27,719 nucleotides of DNA from the IMG/VR virus record IMGVR_UViG_3300042430_002946, positions 1 through 27,719 of that record. The stretch is one strand, 5' to 3'. Position 1 is the first letter of the stretch; each line of letters begins with the position of its first letter. Positions 9,514 through 18,379 of the stretch are shown piece after piece. Origin of the DNA: a virus. Lineage: Duplodnaviria; Caudoviricetes. The position numbers were made by a program, and so were the translations under genes. The notes under the pieces were generated by a model that did no database searches, was not told the origin of the DNA, and worked only from the letters and a program-made list of their open reading frames with translations.

Positions 9514-9985
9514 TGTCTTCCACCACCGTCAGTTTCTTATTGACCCTACTGGCCCTCTGGGTTATCCCGTAATAATCTTTTGTTGCCTCGAATACTTCGG
9601 GTGCTGGCTCGGCCATTGAAATCTCAACCAAGACGAACTCTTCGTGGACGTCTGCCCAGGGGCCCGTGTAGTCGACACGTGTGAGCTCTGGGTTCCCAGT
9701 AAATGCATAAAGTGGAATAATGCCGCAGATGAGACTCGAGACCATGGGCGTGACATCGTCCCCCTCCTGCATCCATCCCACGATAGTTAACCGGTCGACG
9801 TTGAAGTCATAATCGATAATCTTCGTAAAGTCATCGTCGAAGACAGATTCAACCCACATGCCCCAGGCGTACAGCGGGTACGGCTGCGCGGTAAACGTTT
9901 TCTTGTTATTCTTGTTTTTGCTCATATTCCTGTTTTCGTTTGAACGTGCGGCCGAAGCTACCCGTATTTTTTTAATATTTACCAA
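9497..9985 (-). CDS. Hypothetical protein
   Basis: Operonic ORF; start uncertain. Confidence 0.65.
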   Translation of the reverse strand: MVNIKKIRVASAARSNENRNMSKNKNNKKTFTAQPYPLYAWGMWVESVFDDDFTKIIDYDFNVDRLTIVGWMQEGDDVTPMVSSLICGIIPLYAFTGNPELTRVDYTGPWADVHEEFVLVEISMAEPAPEVFEATKDYYGITQRASRVNKKLTVVEDSAAKQ

Positions 9986-10353
9986 TTTGGCTCTTCGTCT
10001 GGTGACTCGTCTCGAGGGAGCTTGTCTAACATTGCCTCAATACGTGCATTGTCTCTGAAGATGTGCTCTATACCTGTGTACTTCTTATTTTGTTTATTGC
10101 GGCCCATGTGGAAGTCAGACTTTGTGCACCCAGTAATTGCATCTTTCGCGACGTCTACTCCATAGTGGTAGATAGCGCTGCCGATTAATACCTTTCTGGC
10201 ATGGTCCAGAACTGCCAAGCTGCGCCTTTTAAACGTTAGCTGCCAGAATTCAAATACTTCGAGAATTTGTTCTTCTGAAACCTTTTTAGCTGCAGCATTT
10301 TTCTCAAGCGTTTTTTTAGCTGGACCTCGAGATTTTTTTGGTTTTTCTAGCAT
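9979..10353 (-). CDS. Phage replication-initiator C-terminal-like (DnaD-like) protein
   Basis: VFEFW...AITGC..SDFHMGRN..NKKY..IEHIFR; co-transcribed with helicase-loader-like gene. Confidence 0.5.
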   Translation of the reverse strand: MLEKPKKSRGPAKKTLEKNAAAKKVSEEQILEVFEFWQLTFKRRSLAVLDHARKVLIGSAIYHYGVDVAKDAITGCTKSDFHMGRNKQNKKYTGIEHIFRDNARIEAMLDKLPRDESPDEEPNW

Positions 10354-10359
10354 CTTATT

Positions 10360-10388
10360 ATTCTAATCCCCGTGAAAGGTTTTGTCAA
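10360..10388 (-). promoter_or_regulatory. Sigma-A promoter, probably leaderless
   Basis: TTGACA-17-TAGAAT-6 nt-ATG(10353). Confidence 0.8.
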
Positions 10389-10687
10389 GTCTCATTGAGA
10401 ATTTAATTTTCAAGTTAACTTGATACAAGTTAGTAAGCAATGTCAATTTAGTTAACCTGAAACAAATAGAGGGGAAAACCCCTTTGGAGGGGGTCCGGGG
10501 GAACCTTTGCTTTTTGTTAAACCATTTTTGGCAAACTCAAAGTAGGCCCTCGGAATTTTCCGCGAACTTGAATCAGGTGGCTGTAGATGTGACGTCACTC
10601 TTATGTTGGTCGAAGGACCGAGCGAGGAGAACTGTAGCAGCTTCATCCACCACCGTCAACTCGCACGGGCAAGTTTTTTAAAGTTTC

Positions 10688-10708
10688 TTATCCACAGGCT
10701 GTGGATGT
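10688..10708. promoter_or_regulatory. DnaA box plus degenerate inverted partner
   Basis: TTATCCACA-GGC-TGTGGATGT in a ~500-bp intergenic region. Confidence 0.45.
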
Positions 10709-10855
10709 GGTATTGTTTCTCTGCTGCATAGCGAGACCCTTTCCTTTGCGTGCAGTGTCGCGGGGTTCCCTGGGGTTGAGTGAAGTTGCTTTCTGTAACG
10801 GGTTTGTAGGTGGCGGACTCTTATCACTCCCCTGGGGACCTTTGCTTTTTCTCAT

Positions 10856-11422
10856 TTATTTGATTTCCTGCAGCGGCAGCGTAAACCATCCGCGTTCGAA
10901 CATTATCGCGACTACGCAGTAACCAATTACATCCATGTAATTATCAGAAACCGATTCATTGTTGGGAGCTGTGCCGCGCGCTGCTAAATTCTCTAATCTT
11001 GCAATTTTGTCATGTACTCGGACTAGGAGTCCCAGTCTTCCAAATCGCATAATATTGTCACTTCCGTAATCTCTTTGCTTACGCGTTACGAGGCCGGCGA
11101 TGTTATTAACCATTTTTTCCAAATTTTCCCCGTCGAGTGCACGTTCTGGATTAATTCCGAAAAATTCAATTCCTGAGTCGCCGGCCGCAGCACGTGTAAC
11201 CGCTGCGAGTATTTTCCAAAAATCCGAAATTTCTTCGGGGGCCATCCAGGCGTCTGGGGAAATTCCTACATTTCTGGAAATCATGTAATCCAGCTGCGTG
11301 CGCATATCTTCCAGCTTATTCATAGCTAGGAGATTAAATGAGAAAATCGTAAAAACAACCGCGGCCGCAGCTTCATCCCAGGTAATCGGCTCTTCGTAAT
11401 AAGTCTCTTCCACCACCGTCAT
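10856..11422 (-). CDS. DUF1599 / nucleotide-modification-associated domain 1 protein
   Basis: KQRDYG...VRVHDKIARLENL...NESVSDNYMDVIGY. Confidence 0.8.
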   Translation of the reverse strand: MTVVEETYYEEPITWDEAAAAVVFTIFSFNLLAMNKLEDMRTQLDYMISRNVGISPDAWMAPEEISDFWKILAAVTRAAAGDSGIEFFGINPERALDGENLEKMVNNIAGLVTRKQRDYGSDNIMRFGRLGLLVRVHDKIARLENLAARGTAPNNESVSDNYMDVIGYCVVAIMFERGWFTLPLQEIK

Positions 11423-11821
11423 TTAAAAACCCTCCTCAGGGATAAAGTCTGGAATTTCCAGAGTTCCGCCGCCGCCGTCTTCAGCTAATTCTAGCGTTTT
11501 TTCAAAAAAGAACTCGAGGAGCTGCTCCCATTTCTCCTGAGCCCCGTCCTGGTCTTCCATGTCTTGGCAAACAAGAGCACATTTTTCAATAAACTCTTTT
11601 GCCACCATAGCTACAACCCGGCTTTCGTCTGCAGTTGGAATAAGTACTGGGCCCCTTTTCCCGACAACTGCACGGGGAGCAATAACAATCGTTATTGTTC
11701 TCTGGCCTTCAGTCCCAACAATTAGAATATTCTCCGAACCACGGAGGGCCTGGGTTAGCTCGGCCTGCATGTTTCTGGCTAGCTCTGGGGAAATTCCTTC
11801 AAAATCGTTTAATTCGTTCAT
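11423..11821 (-). CDS. Hypothetical protein
   Basis: Open frame to 11944; ATG 11821 is my estimated start. Confidence 0.6.
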   Translation of the reverse strand: MNELNDFEGISPELARNMQAELTQALRGSENILIVGTEGQRTITIVIAPRAVVGKRGPVLIPTADESRVVAMVAKEFIEKCALVCQDMEDQDGAQEKWEQLLEFFFEKTLELAEDGGGGTLEIPDFIPEEGF

Positions 11822-11996
11822 GAGCTCTTCGCCTTGTTCGAAACCAAAGTTTTTACTGTAATCGTCGTCACCCACGGGGACCTCGGTCTTCCTGCCAAAT
11901 TGACAATATCTATTTATTGGATTGTATCTGTATTCACTATTCATTATGAAAGCGTGCTCCCACGTAATGGCTTATTTGTGTATTAGTGTCTCGACT

Positions 11997-12374
11997 ATGG
12001 ACAACACCACTCGTTTCAAAACATACATTGGGGCCCTTCGACAATTTGCTATTCGAGAGGGACACACCCACGTGCCGGCAGCTCACATCGAAAAATTCGA
12101 AGATTCCGGAATTAATCTGGGAGCTTGGGTTGGCTACACCAGGCAACGTTTCCGTAAAAATCAACTTTCTGAAGAAAGAGCGCGAGAGCTCTCGAGCGTC
12201 GCGGGATGGGTATGGGGACCTCTTCGTCCAGGACCGGCCACTGACATTAATCGGAATAAACAGATTCTTGAGATGCGTGCGGCCGGAAAATCCCTCCGCC
12301 AGATTGCGGACGAGTTTGACTTGAGCCGTCAGCGTGTTCATCAGATTGTGCGAGATATCGATGCGCAAGGATGA
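11997..12374 (+). CDS. Helicase-associated (HA) domain fused to sigma70 region-4-like HTH
   Basis: FAIREGHTHVP...LGAWVGYTR...LSEER...GWVW; GKSLRQIADEFDLSRQRVHQI. Confidence 0.8.
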   Translation: MDNTTRFKTYIGALRQFAIREGHTHVPAAHIEKFEDSGINLGAWVGYTRQRFRKNQLSEERARELSSVAGWVWGPLRPGPATDINRNKQILEMRAAGKSLRQIADEFDLSRQRVHQIVRDIDAQG

Positions 12375-12681
12375 CCGGTTGAGAAGGTCGGAATTGTTTC
12401 TTCCACCACCGTCGATTAATAAGCATCGAGTTATCCCAGCTTCTGATGAAGAATTAGAAGAAAAGCAAATAACTGGTTTTTTACTGGGAGTGGCCATCGC
12501 CGGCGTGCTCGGGTTTATTGTGACATCGGCTGCATATGGCCTGATGCTCTGGGTGGTTATAAGACTGCTCGAGAATAACGTGCCCCTGGTCAACTGCTTT
12601 GCCGTTGCCGGTATCGCAGTGTTCGTTAGGGCTCTGGGTAGGGTGTCTCGGAAGAAGCCTGCAGGCTCGCTCACTCGTTGA
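12361..12681 (+). CDS. Membrane protein
   Basis: Two to three hydrophobic segments; overlaps upstream stop. Confidence 0.6.
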   Translation: MRKDDRLRRSELFLPPPSINKHRVIPASDEELEEKQITGFLLGVAIAGVLGFIVTSAAYGLMLWVVIRLLENNVPLVNCFAVAGIAVFVRALGRVSRKKPAGSLTR

Positions 12682-12937
12682 TGCAGACGTAATCGTCTGT
12701 CAGGTCAAGAAGGTATCCGTCACCCATGCCATGGGTGTCCACGCTCATCTCAATGCTCTTGGCGATTGAGTCCATTGTGGCTCGGTCTACAGTGCGCACG
12801 ATTGCGTCCTCACTGTCTTCCATTGCCTCTTCAACAATCTCCACTGGGGCGTCCTCAGCGATAACGATGAATTGAGTGAGACCGTCAGGAGAGTCCTGAT
12901 GAGTTGCGTCTCCGATAAAAGCATGAAGCTTTTCCAT
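12671..12937 (-). CDS. Hypothetical acidic protein
   Basis: Purine-rich leader and promoter upstream. Confidence 0.7.
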   Translation of the reverse strand: MEKLHAFIGDATHQDSPDGLTQFIVIAEDAPVEIVEEAMEDSEDAIVRTVDRATMDSIAKSIEMSVDTHGMGDGYLLDLTDDYVCINE

Positions 12938-12967
12938 GTGTTTCTCTTTTCTAGTAAGTAAGTAGTA

Positions 12968-12996
12968 ATGATATCGACATCATGATGAGTCGCCAA
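12968..12996 (-). promoter_or_regulatory. Sigma-A-like promoter
   Basis: TTGGCG-17-TATCAT. Confidence 0.5.
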
Positions 12997-13056
12997 CCTT
13001 GGGGGGAAGGAACTAGAACCCATAAGGGCCGAGCGACCCATCACAATGCGAGTGGC

Positions 13057-13093
13057 CGTACCCGGTGGAGAGAAAGAAGCCCCACCGGGTACG
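13057..13093 (-). terminator. Hairpin after vWA gene
   Basis: 12-bp stem CGTACCCGGTGG/CCACCGGGTACG; no U-tract. Confidence 0.45.
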
Positions 13094-13099
13094 AATCCT

Positions 13100-14596
13100 T
13101 TATCCTCGGAGAGGAAGTTCGGTTCCGATTGATTCTTGCCAAGCGATGCGAAGCATTGCAGGATATTGTGATTCAGGCTTTCCACCGTTCTTCATCTTGC
13201 GAAGTTCAGAGATTGCCTCTTCAACGAATGGCACGACAACAATGTTGTGCTTCTTGCAGAAGTTGATGCACTGCATCGCAAGCGAGTTGTGGAATCCACT
13301 GTTGGTTCCACACACTCCACCGTCTGTCACCCAAATAATCGGAGAGTTAGAGCGTTGGCGATTCTTCACTGCCCATTCAAGTGCAGGGAAGTCAACGCCG
13401 TTGCCTGAACCCTGAGTCGGTAGGTCTTTGACCATGCGACCCTTGTCAGCCAGCACATAAGCGTTGGGAGTGTCTTTGCCGTTCATCTCTGAATAAGACA
13501 GGACAGTTGCACCGGGGGCGTTCTCAACAATCTTGCGAATCTGCTCGTGCGTGAAGTTCATTGAGCCTGATGCATCAATCACAACAACGCCACCACTGCC
13601 TCGTGTCACCTTGTCAAAGACTCGCATCTGTGGGTCAGTGATGAGACGATGCATACGGCGTGGAGAGCGACCAATGTTAGAAGCAGTACGCTTCTTTCCA
13701 ATGTTGCCTTTCGTTGCCAGTGGCATTGCAAGTTTGCCGATTTTCAATTCAGCCCAAGTTGGGATACGACTAGTAATCTCACCGGGTGTGATTGTTGTCA
13801 ATCGCTTGCCAGTGCCTTTCTTGGGGCGACCACGACCTTTGTTGGAGTGAGCAATCTTGACAGACTCGCCTTCCTTGCCTTCCTCTGATTCGCCTTCTGC
13901 GCCTTCCTGAGACTCGCCTTCTTCTTCCTCGTGTAGTTCCTCGGGAGAGATTGATGCGAGACGGTCAACCCATTCAGCGATGCGCTCAGTGTGGGAGAAT
14001 CCGTATGGGAAGAGTCCAGTGTTCGCATCAACCTTTGTTGAAGCGAGCGTTCCGTACTTGTATGCCTTCTGCATTTCCTTCACTGCTCGCTTGGAGATAT
14101 CGGCAAGCGATTCACCCCACATGCGATTGTGTCGGCGTATGCCATTCAGGAATAATTTACTGCTCGCAGTGCCAGCAGTTGCGATTGCCGTATGAACGGC
14201 ACTCTGCCAATCGTTGGTGTTTGCAATGCGCTCACCGTCAGCAGTTTCGCCACCGTCAGCAAGGTGATTCTTTGCATCAAAGCCTTGTTGTTGAATCAGA
14301 AAGTTGACACGCAATTCTTCAACAACGGTCATTGCTTTTTCGGTTGCAATGCCACGCTGAATCCACTGCTGAAACGAATCACCAAGTGGTGATACTTTCG
14401 CATGCATCATCTCGTGCGCACGAATCACACGAGCAAGTTCAGTGTTCATCACCGGCACACGCATGATGCGTTCTGCGATTGCAGTCATTGGTTCGCCTCG
14501 GCGTGGATTGCACTCCGATACAACCCACCTTCCGTTATCGGCATCGTTGCGTCCAAGCCATTCAGGCTCGGCGTACATTGTCGCTTGCTTGTTCAT
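13100..14596 (-). CDS. HExxH metallopeptidase-like + vWA (MIDAS) protein, CobT-like partner of MoxR ATPase
   Basis: AHEMMH, EELRVN, acidic linker, VVIDASGSM, VTDG; ATG 14596 just after ATPase stop. Confidence 0.8.
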   Translation of the reverse strand: MNKQATMYAEPEWLGRNDADNGRWVVSECNPRRGEPMTAIAERIMRVPVMNTELARVIRAHEMMHAKVSPLGDSFQQWIQRGIATEKAMTVVEELRVNFLIQQQGFDAKNHLADGGETADGERIANTNDWQSAVHTAIATAGTASSKLFLNGIRRHNRMWGESLADISKRAVKEMQKAYKYGTLASTKVDANTGLFPYGFSHTERIAEWVDRLASISPEELHEEEEGESQEGAEGESEEGKEGESVKIAHSNKGRGRPKKGTGKRLTTITPGEITSRIPTWAELKIGKLAMPLATKGNIGKKRTASNIGRSPRRMHRLITDPQMRVFDKVTRGSGGVVVIDASGSMNFTHEQIRKIVENAPGATVLSYSEMNGKDTPNAYVLADKGRMVKDLPTQGSGNGVDFPALEWAVKNRQRSNSPIIWVTDGGVCGTNSGFHNSLAMQCINFCKKHNIVVVPFVEEAISELRKMKNGGKPESQYPAMLRIAWQESIGTELPLRG

Positions 14597-14597
14597 C

Positions 14598-15329
14598 TCA
14601 GGAAACCTTGTCAATTGCGATTGCGTCAAGGATTGATTCTGAGCGTGAGCCAAAGACAATCTGCGATGCACGAGCGTCACCGAGACCTTTGCGCAACTTG
14701 TCAAACGATGCGAATGCACGAAGCGAGATTCTACGGTCACCAGCATCAGCCATACGGACTGCGAAGTTGCGAAGGTCATGAGACAGTGCGAGCAATGCAG
14801 TTGGGTGTGGGGTGTTGATGCGAATGCGAACAGGGAATCGGTCAGCCAACGCTGTTGGTAATTCTTCCATGTTCTCAACATTGGTGGTCATGATTGCAGT
14901 AAAGCCTTCACGAGGACGAACGATGCGACCAGTCTCAGGGTGTTCCCAAGTTGCAGATTCCGGTGAGTCAAGCATTGCGAGCAGTGTTGCGAACACATCG
15001 CCCGATGCCTTGTCAACTTCATCCACGATGAGACGACCACCAACGATGCCGTTGCCTTCCCAAGCCTTGATAGCCGAGCCGTTCATCCATTGGAAGCCCT
15101 TGTCTGCGCTCGGCATGAATGCACCAGTCACATCCATATTGGTCATGTCCTCGGTGCAAACGAGACGGAAGGCTCCACCAGTGGTGTCGCCCATTGTGAG
15201 ACCTGCAAAGGTCTTGCCGATGCCTGACGGTCCGTAAAGCACTACACGGTCAATGCCGTTAGTGATTGCGTCCTCAAACATCTGCCAGCACTCAGGGAGT
15301 GTGGTTGTTGAATCGGGTGTTGTTGTCAT
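14598..15329 (-). CDS. MoxR/CobS-like AAA+ ATPase
   Basis: GPSGIGKT, LIVDE, TTN, ALADRF, ISLR; AAGGAA RBS before ATG 15329 (alternative 15359). Confidence 0.85.
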   Translation of the reverse strand: MTTTPDSTTTLPECWQMFEDAITNGIDRVVLYGPSGIGKTFAGLTMGDTTGGAFRLVCTEDMTNMDVTGAFMPSADKGFQWMNGSAIKAWEGNGIVGGRLIVDEVDKASGDVFATLLAMLDSPESATWEHPETGRIVRPREGFTAIMTTNVENMEELPTALADRFPVRIRINTPHPTALLALSHDLRNFAVRMADAGDRRISLRAFASFDKLRKGLGDARASQIVFGSRSESILDAIAIDKVS

Positions 15330-15364
15330 GTCTAGTTCCTTTTCTAGTAGTGGTGACATTCATC

Positions 15365-15396
15365 AACTTAGTATCCGTTACGGACGAGTAACAAGT
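15365..15396 (-). promoter_or_regulatory. Repeated promoter element copy 1
   Basis: + AACTTA-N6-GTTACGGACGAGTAACAAGT. Confidence 0.8.
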
Positions 15397-15438
15397 TGCC
15401 TTGTTTGCTGTCCAAACGGTCACTGGCTGACAGGTAGA

Positions 15439-15470
15439 AGATTAGTTGTCGTTACGGGCGAGTAACAAGT
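15439..15470 (-). promoter_or_regulatory. Repeated promoter element copy 2 (tandem with copy 1)
   Basis: + AGATTA-N6-GTTACGGGCGAGTAACAAGT. Confidence 0.8.
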
Positions 15471-15471
15471 T

Positions 15472-15975
15472 CTACTGTTCAGCCTGTCTATCGGCCTTGG
15501 GGTCACGGATTTCCCATAGACCCTTCTTTATCTTCCGGAATACCGGGGAGTCCTGAATGAACTTCAGGGTAGTGGGATAGGAGAATCCCGAGATTTCTAC
15601 CAATTGTTCAGTGGTGTATTGCTCAAACAGGTGAGCCTTAGACCAGTCAATGAAGGCATCGTATTTATCAGAACGCTTTTCTGCCTTTACTACGACTTCT
15701 TCCATAGAATCAATTTCTATTGAGCAGTAGTCCCGCACCACTTCCATCAAAACATCAGGGTAAATGGAGTAGGACGATAGGAACTTGGCCGGGTTGCCGG
15801 CACTGCCTGAGCGTTGCCACACTTGAAGCGTGTACAAAGCACGAAGCGTCTCATTGATGCGAGAACTTGTTTCTTGTGGAACGCTGAATGGATTGCCATG
15901 TTCAGCCAAAGCTTTATCCCACATCTCTTTGTGATTAGTTTTAATCAACTCATCTGTGATAAATGGTGTGGTCAT
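15472..15975 (-). CDS. Hypothetical protein, possible C-terminal winged HTH
   Basis: YTTEQLVEISGFSYPTTLKFI...FRKIKKGLWEI. Confidence 0.7.
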   Translation of the reverse strand: MTTPFITDELIKTNHKEMWDKALAEHGNPFSVPQETSSRINETLRALYTLQVWQRSGSAGNPAKFLSSYSIYPDVLMEVVRDYCSIEIDSMEEVVVKAEKRSDKYDAFIDWSKAHLFEQYTTEQLVEISGFSYPTTLKFIQDSPVFRKIKKGLWEIRDPKADRQAEQ

Positions 15976-16006
15976 GTGTTACTTCTTTCTAATAGGTGTT
16001 GTTCGG

Positions 16007-16038
16007 ATTCTAACGGGCGTTACGGGCGAGTAACAGGG
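16007..16038 (-). promoter_or_regulatory. Repeated promoter element copy 3
   Basis: + ATTCTA-N6-GTTACGGGCGAGTAACAGGG. Confidence 0.75.
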
Positions 16039-16288
16039 TTTATTCGAATATTACAGAATCCCCAGGGGTGTGTCATAGTTTCTGGGGTGGTCATCCACCA
16101 CCGTCGGGTTAAATTCCAAAAACTAACAAATCTGAAAAACATCGGTAAAAATTAATTCAGGAAATTGACTTTTCTGAGGGGTGGCAGCTTTGCACGTAGT
16201 GAACTTTCTTCACCGTCTAGATGATTACCCCGGTTCGAGCCCCGCTCTCCACCCGGGAACCGGGGCTCAGGAGAAAAAAGATTGACGG

Positions 16289-16573
16289 TCACCTCTTGCT
16301 GCGAATTTTTGTTGCCCGGGCATTTTTCTTGTGGTAATCCATTGCCTGAATATCCATTTTTCCATCTTCCAACCAGGCGTCGAACATCTCGTTGATTATC
16401 TTGAGCAATCTCTCTGAAGATATTCCCCACTCAGCAAGGTTCTCTGTGAACCTTCCACTGGAGTAGTCATCGAATATCACTGCCATTGCCTCAGCTCCTG
16501 TAGTTGCCAAGGTGTAGTAATTCTCTTCGAGTAATTCCATAAGTTCTTTTTTCTTGATTTTCTTTTCAAGCAT
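16289..16573 (-). CDS. Hypothetical protein
   Basis: Overlaps upstream gene; GGAG-like RBS. Confidence 0.65.
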   Translation of the reverse strand: MLEKKIKKKELMELLEENYYTLATTGAEAMAVIFDDYSSGRFTENLAEWGISSERLLKIINEMFDAWLEDGKMDIQAMDYHKKNARATKIRSKR

Positions 16574-16808
16574 CTGGCTCTTCTTTCACTAGTTCTGCAT
16601 ATTCTAGAGCAGAATCCATAATCCACTGGTTGACATCGTTACCAGCATTTTCCCACTCGTCAAACTCTTTACAGATTTGAGCCCATCCTTCGTCGGTAAG
16701 TTCCAGCCCATCCAAGTTTTCGAACTGTGGTTTATCCCACCACAGAATACACAGTTCTTCATCGGGGGAATAGCGACTTAGCATCTCGATGATTTGTTTG
16801 ATAATCAC
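16566..16808 (-). CDS. Hypothetical acidic protein (paralog of 18366-18626)
   Basis: Shared PDEEL..W..K..F...W...F pattern. Confidence 0.7.
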   Translation of the reverse strand: MIIKQIIEMLSRYSPDEELCILWWDKPQFENLDGLELTDEGWAQICKEFDEWENAGNDVNQWIMDSALEYAELVKEEPDA

Positions 16809-17422
16809 AACAACGACGCTTCTTTCAGGAATTCACAGTATTGGGTAAAAATTGCATCGCCTTGCGCTTCTTTCCATGCTTCGTACTTGTCAATGGACTC
16901 GTAGTCGTCGTAATCTACTTCGCCCTCGTATGCGCATGGCTCATACATGGACTGAAAGACTGTGTCGCCATTGAGGTACGCCTCGGTGCCTGCAAAGAAG
17001 CCAGCCTCTTCGTCATAGTCAAAGGTGAAGAGCAGTTCAGGGAAGAGCGTAGAGACCTTTAGGAAGCCTGCATCGGCTGGACCCCATGCAGTTTGGTAAT
17101 GCACAACGACTTCCCATGAGCCGTTAGCGAGTTGCATCGGGTGTCCGATGCTGGTATCACAATCGCCCCACTTGGTACCCCAAGTGTCGTATGCCCAGTC
17201 GTACCAGTCCTTGTGACCGTACTTGGCAATGTTGGACTCTTGTTGTTTGCGATGCTCTTCTGCTTTATCGGTGCCGACAGAGCCAGCGACTGTCTCGTGC
17301 AGTTCCGTAGGGCAAGGGACATACGACTCAAGAATCTTGGAATCCTTGATTCCGTCAATGAATCGCTGTACTTCTGTTGGCGAGCCTTTTACGCTCAGTG
17401 TTGTTGATACCCAATTTGGCAT
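16805..17422 (-). CDS. DUF1281/YubB ferredoxin-like protein
   Basis: MPNW, WYDW...WGTKW, YQTAWGP, EEAGFFAG. Confidence 0.8.
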   Translation of the reverse strand: MPNWVSTTLSVKGSPTEVQRFIDGIKDSKILESYVPCPTELHETVAGSVGTDKAEEHRKQQESNIAKYGHKDWYDWAYDTWGTKWGDCDTSIGHPMQLANGSWEVVVHYQTAWGPADAGFLKVSTLFPELLFTFDYDEEAGFFAGTEAYLNGDTVFQSMYEPCAYEGEVDYDDYESIDKYEAWKEAQGDAIFTQYCEFLKEASLL

Positions 17423-17456
17423 TTTTTGTTCCTTTTTAGTAGGGGGGACAATGTTT

Positions 17457-17488
17457 AGATTAGTCGGCGTTACGGACGACTAACAAGT
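17457..17488 (-). promoter_or_regulatory. Repeated promoter element copy 4
   Basis: + AGATTA-N6-GTTACGGACGACTAACAAGT. Confidence 0.8.
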
Positions 17489-17764
17489 TCAGACATAAGT
17501 GACTTCTATGGCGATTTCGTCTTGCAACCCACATTGGTCGGGGTGGAAGTCAATCCAAGCGTCAATCTCTGGGGTGATTTCCTGCCAGCCCTTATCCCAG
17601 AAACCGTTGTTATTCAGGAAGTCGTAGAACTTCTCGGGGTCGGGCAACTCTCGGAACTCCACAGGCAACTTCTCATCAGAGATAGAGAAGTAATCCCACT
17701 TGGCGTAGGTCGGACCTTCGGGGTAGGAGACTTCGGTAAGGATTCGGATGTAGTGCTGTGTCAT
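17489..17764 (-). CDS. Hypothetical protein
   Basis: ATG 6 nt after -10 element. Confidence 0.75.
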   Translation of the reverse strand: MTQHYIRILTEVSYPEGPTYAKWDYFSISDEKLPVEFRELPDPEKFYDFLNNNGFWDKGWQEITPEIDAWIDFHPDQCGLQDEIAIEVTYV

Positions 17765-17770
17765 AAGAAC

Positions 17771-17802
17771 AACTTACTTCTCGTTACGGACGACTAACAA
17801 GT
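17771..17802 (-). promoter_or_regulatory. Repeated promoter element copy 5
   Basis: + AACTTA-N6-GTTACGGACGACTAACAAGT. Confidence 0.85.
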
Positions 17803-17984
17803 CAGTCCGATTCCGTGATTTCCCATGGGTGCGTGTCCCATTCTGATTGACCGTCAAGGTCAAGTGACTTGAGTTGGTCATTGTCGTACGAGTAGTAGAT
17901 AGAGAGAGCCTCTTCTTCGGTCTCTGCTTCAATTTCGTAGTCGTGGTTGATGGATTCTGTTACTCGGAGTGTAAATTTCTTCAT
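17802..17984 (-). CDS. Small acidic protein
   Basis: YEIEAETEEEA motif common in small phage proteins; ATG 6 nt after -10. Confidence 0.75.
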   Translation of the reverse strand: MKKFTLRVTESINHDYEIEAETEEEALSIYYSYDNDQLKSLDLDGQSEWDTHPWEITESD

Positions 17985-17990
17985 GTCTCC

Positions 17991-18022
17991 AACTTACTTC
18001 TCGTTACGGACGACTAACAAGT
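17991..18022 (-). promoter_or_regulatory. Repeated promoter element copy 6
   Basis: Identical to copy 5 over 33 bp. Confidence 0.85.
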
Positions 18023-18106
18023 TCTCATCCACCACCGTCAGGTAATAATTGTCTGGGGTGAGTCTCTTGAAATCTTAGATTTCTGAATAAACGCGCAGCG
18101 TGGTCG

Positions 18107-18379
18107 TCACCACTCGGTGTGGTCAGAGGACTCGGGAGCCCCGCCCCCGGTTGACTGCAGGTAAGTCGAGTAGTTCATTTCAAATAACTGGTCAATTATG
18201 TCGGCCAGTTCAATCCCGGAACGCCGGACGAATGGTTCCCATACCAGGATGCGTTTGTCTACATACTCAACCAGTGTTGGGATATCCATGATGTCAACAT
18301 CCCGGGGATATTCAGACAGTACGAACGAGACCGCGTTTTTCATGAACGCTTTCTTTGTTTCCTCTTCAGACCAAGGCAC
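18107..18379 (-). CDS. Hypothetical protein
   Basis: Operonic overlap with upstream gene. Confidence 0.6.
   Translation of the reverse strand: MPWSEEETKKAFMKNAVSFVLSEYPRDVDIMDIPTLVEYVDKRILVWEPFVRRSGIELADIIDQLFEMNYSTYLQSTGGGAPESSDHTEW

Noticed and set aside
10452-10922. Short ORFs in the putative origin region
   Set aside because: No RBS or family signal; cannot be fully excluded
11937-12674. 245-aa minus-strand ORF
   Set aside because: Antisense to the HA-HTH and membrane genes; no recognisable motifs
14597-14881. N-terminal extension of the vWA ORF (also long starts at 19105 and 24990)
   Set aside because: Overlap upstream genes or run through promoter elements; nearer ATGs fit better
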